19,793 nucleotides of DNA from Candidatus Bathyarchaeota archaeon (GTDB taxonomy: Archaea; Thermoproteota; Bathyarchaeia; Bathyarchaeales; Bathycorpusculaceae): contig CAVZJV010000004.1 of assembly GCA_963775685.1 (NCBI GenBank), positions 1-19,793 on the forward strand. Direction: 5' to 3'. Positions within the stretch are counted from its first letter, which is position 1. Every line of letters begins with the position of its first letter. Shown piece after piece: positions 19,051 to 19,793 of the stretch. A program made the position numbers and the translations under genes. The notes below the pieces were generated by a model. That model searched no databases. It saw only the letters and a list, made by a program, of their open reading frames with translations, and was not told the origin of the DNA.

Positions 19051-19703
19051 GCGAAAGCCTCCAAAATTGAAATGTGGATTTCATTTTCGCTATAATCGGT
19101 TGTTCGCTTTATCATGTCGCCTTCAAGCTTGATATCTTGGCGCTTCTTCTCTGACAGGAAGTAATAGGGCTCTTCAAAGGTTGGCACGTGGTATTTTCTG
19201 CAGATTTTAAAGTAAGCATCCACTACCTCGAATATGTCGCTGTCAGGTAAGCATTGTCTAAAGCCATCTCTGTTGGGTGAATTGTTCCAGTTATAAGTTA
19301 AATGCCAGTAGAAACGCAAACAAATCTTTTCGTATTCTGAAGCTTGAGCCTGCAAAACATCTATCTTACCATAAATAATTTTCATTTTAAGAAGTGTTTG
19401 TAAGAAGATTTTACTTTTTGGGTCTTCTTTGGCTTTAACTACATTAATTTGATTGGGCTCCTGTGGTTCTTCATCCCAAACTTGGCAAAGCATTTTTGAT
19501 TCTTGTTGTGACTGCGGGTATTTTTCGATTAGATACTTGCGCAGTTCAACAAAAGTTACCATGACTTCAAACTCTGAACCGGACATTAGGGACAAATCTG
19601 TACTACCGTCTTTATCTATAACTTCTGGGAATAACTGTTTAAGCGTACAGTTTTTTGGGTCTATGTCTTCTTGTTTTAGCTTCTCTATAACGTGAGGAGA
19701 CAT
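19047..19703 (-). CDS. Hypothetical protein (218 aa)
   Basis: Long ORF coupled by an ATGA overlap to the downstream HTH gene; no motif recognised. Confidence 0.65.
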   Translation of the reverse strand: MSPHVIEKLKQEDIDPKNCTLKQLFPEVIDKDGSTDLSLMSGSEFEVMVTFVELRKYLIEKYPQSQQESKMLCQVWDEEPQEPNQINVVKAKEDPKSKIFLQTLLKMKIIYGKIDVLQAQASEYEKICLRFYWHLTYNWNNSPNRDGFRQCLPDSDIFEVVDAYFKICRKYHVPTFEEPYYFLSEKKRQDIKLEGDMIKRTTDYSENEIHISILEAFA

Positions 19704-19793
19704 TAACGCTGTAGCCTCAGTGGTTTCACTGCTTTGTTGATTCTGTTCGCGTATTTTTTAGCAACTGACTGTTCGAAGTAATGTAACATAATA

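Larger units (their letters stand above)
1..19793. mobile_element. Putative integrative, self-replicating archaeal element (provirus- or satellite-like); right boundary probably outside the window
   Basis: Integrase, primase and helicase operon at the left; defence and surface-protein cargo in the middle; ParB/ABC-GNAT/HTH module at the right; no recognisable housekeeping operon. Confidence 0.7.

Noticed and set aside
15110-19719. 11-bp inverted match GAGGCTACAGC (15110-15120 versus 19709-19719)
   Set aside because: Expected by chance at this length; no transposase or target duplication.

Overview
Archaeal DNA, probably Bathyarchaeia-like judging from the integrase type, the RNase J-like MBL, PadR and Pro/Thr-rich surface proteins. 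It looks like most of a self-replicating integrative element. The left arm (minus strand, 1-5106) reads wHTH regulator > two small ORFs > TOTE-type AEP primase > AAA+/DUF3631-like helicase > Zn-ribbon tyrosine integrase, followed by a 20-bp palindrome. The helicase gene carries two convergent arrays of 9-bp CGACG repeats, a candidate replication origin. The middle is cargo: a type I hsdM 3' relic, a type IIG/ISP-like RM gene with one in-frame TAG, an RNase J-like beta-CASP hydrolase, a membrane-anchored 7-blade propeller protein, a broken PadR and other membrane proteins. The right arm (minus strand) holds a hypothetical gene, an HTH gene, a ParB-like gene and an ABC-ATPase-GNAT fusion typical of viral DNA-modification loci. 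Two diverged orphan copies of the ABC-GNAT 3' tip separate the cargo blocks. Many 1-bp frameshifts right of about 14.1 kb could be assembly errors or decay. No tRNA, rRNA, CRISPR array or capsid gene was seen. All family assignments come from motifs recognised by eye; no database search was run.
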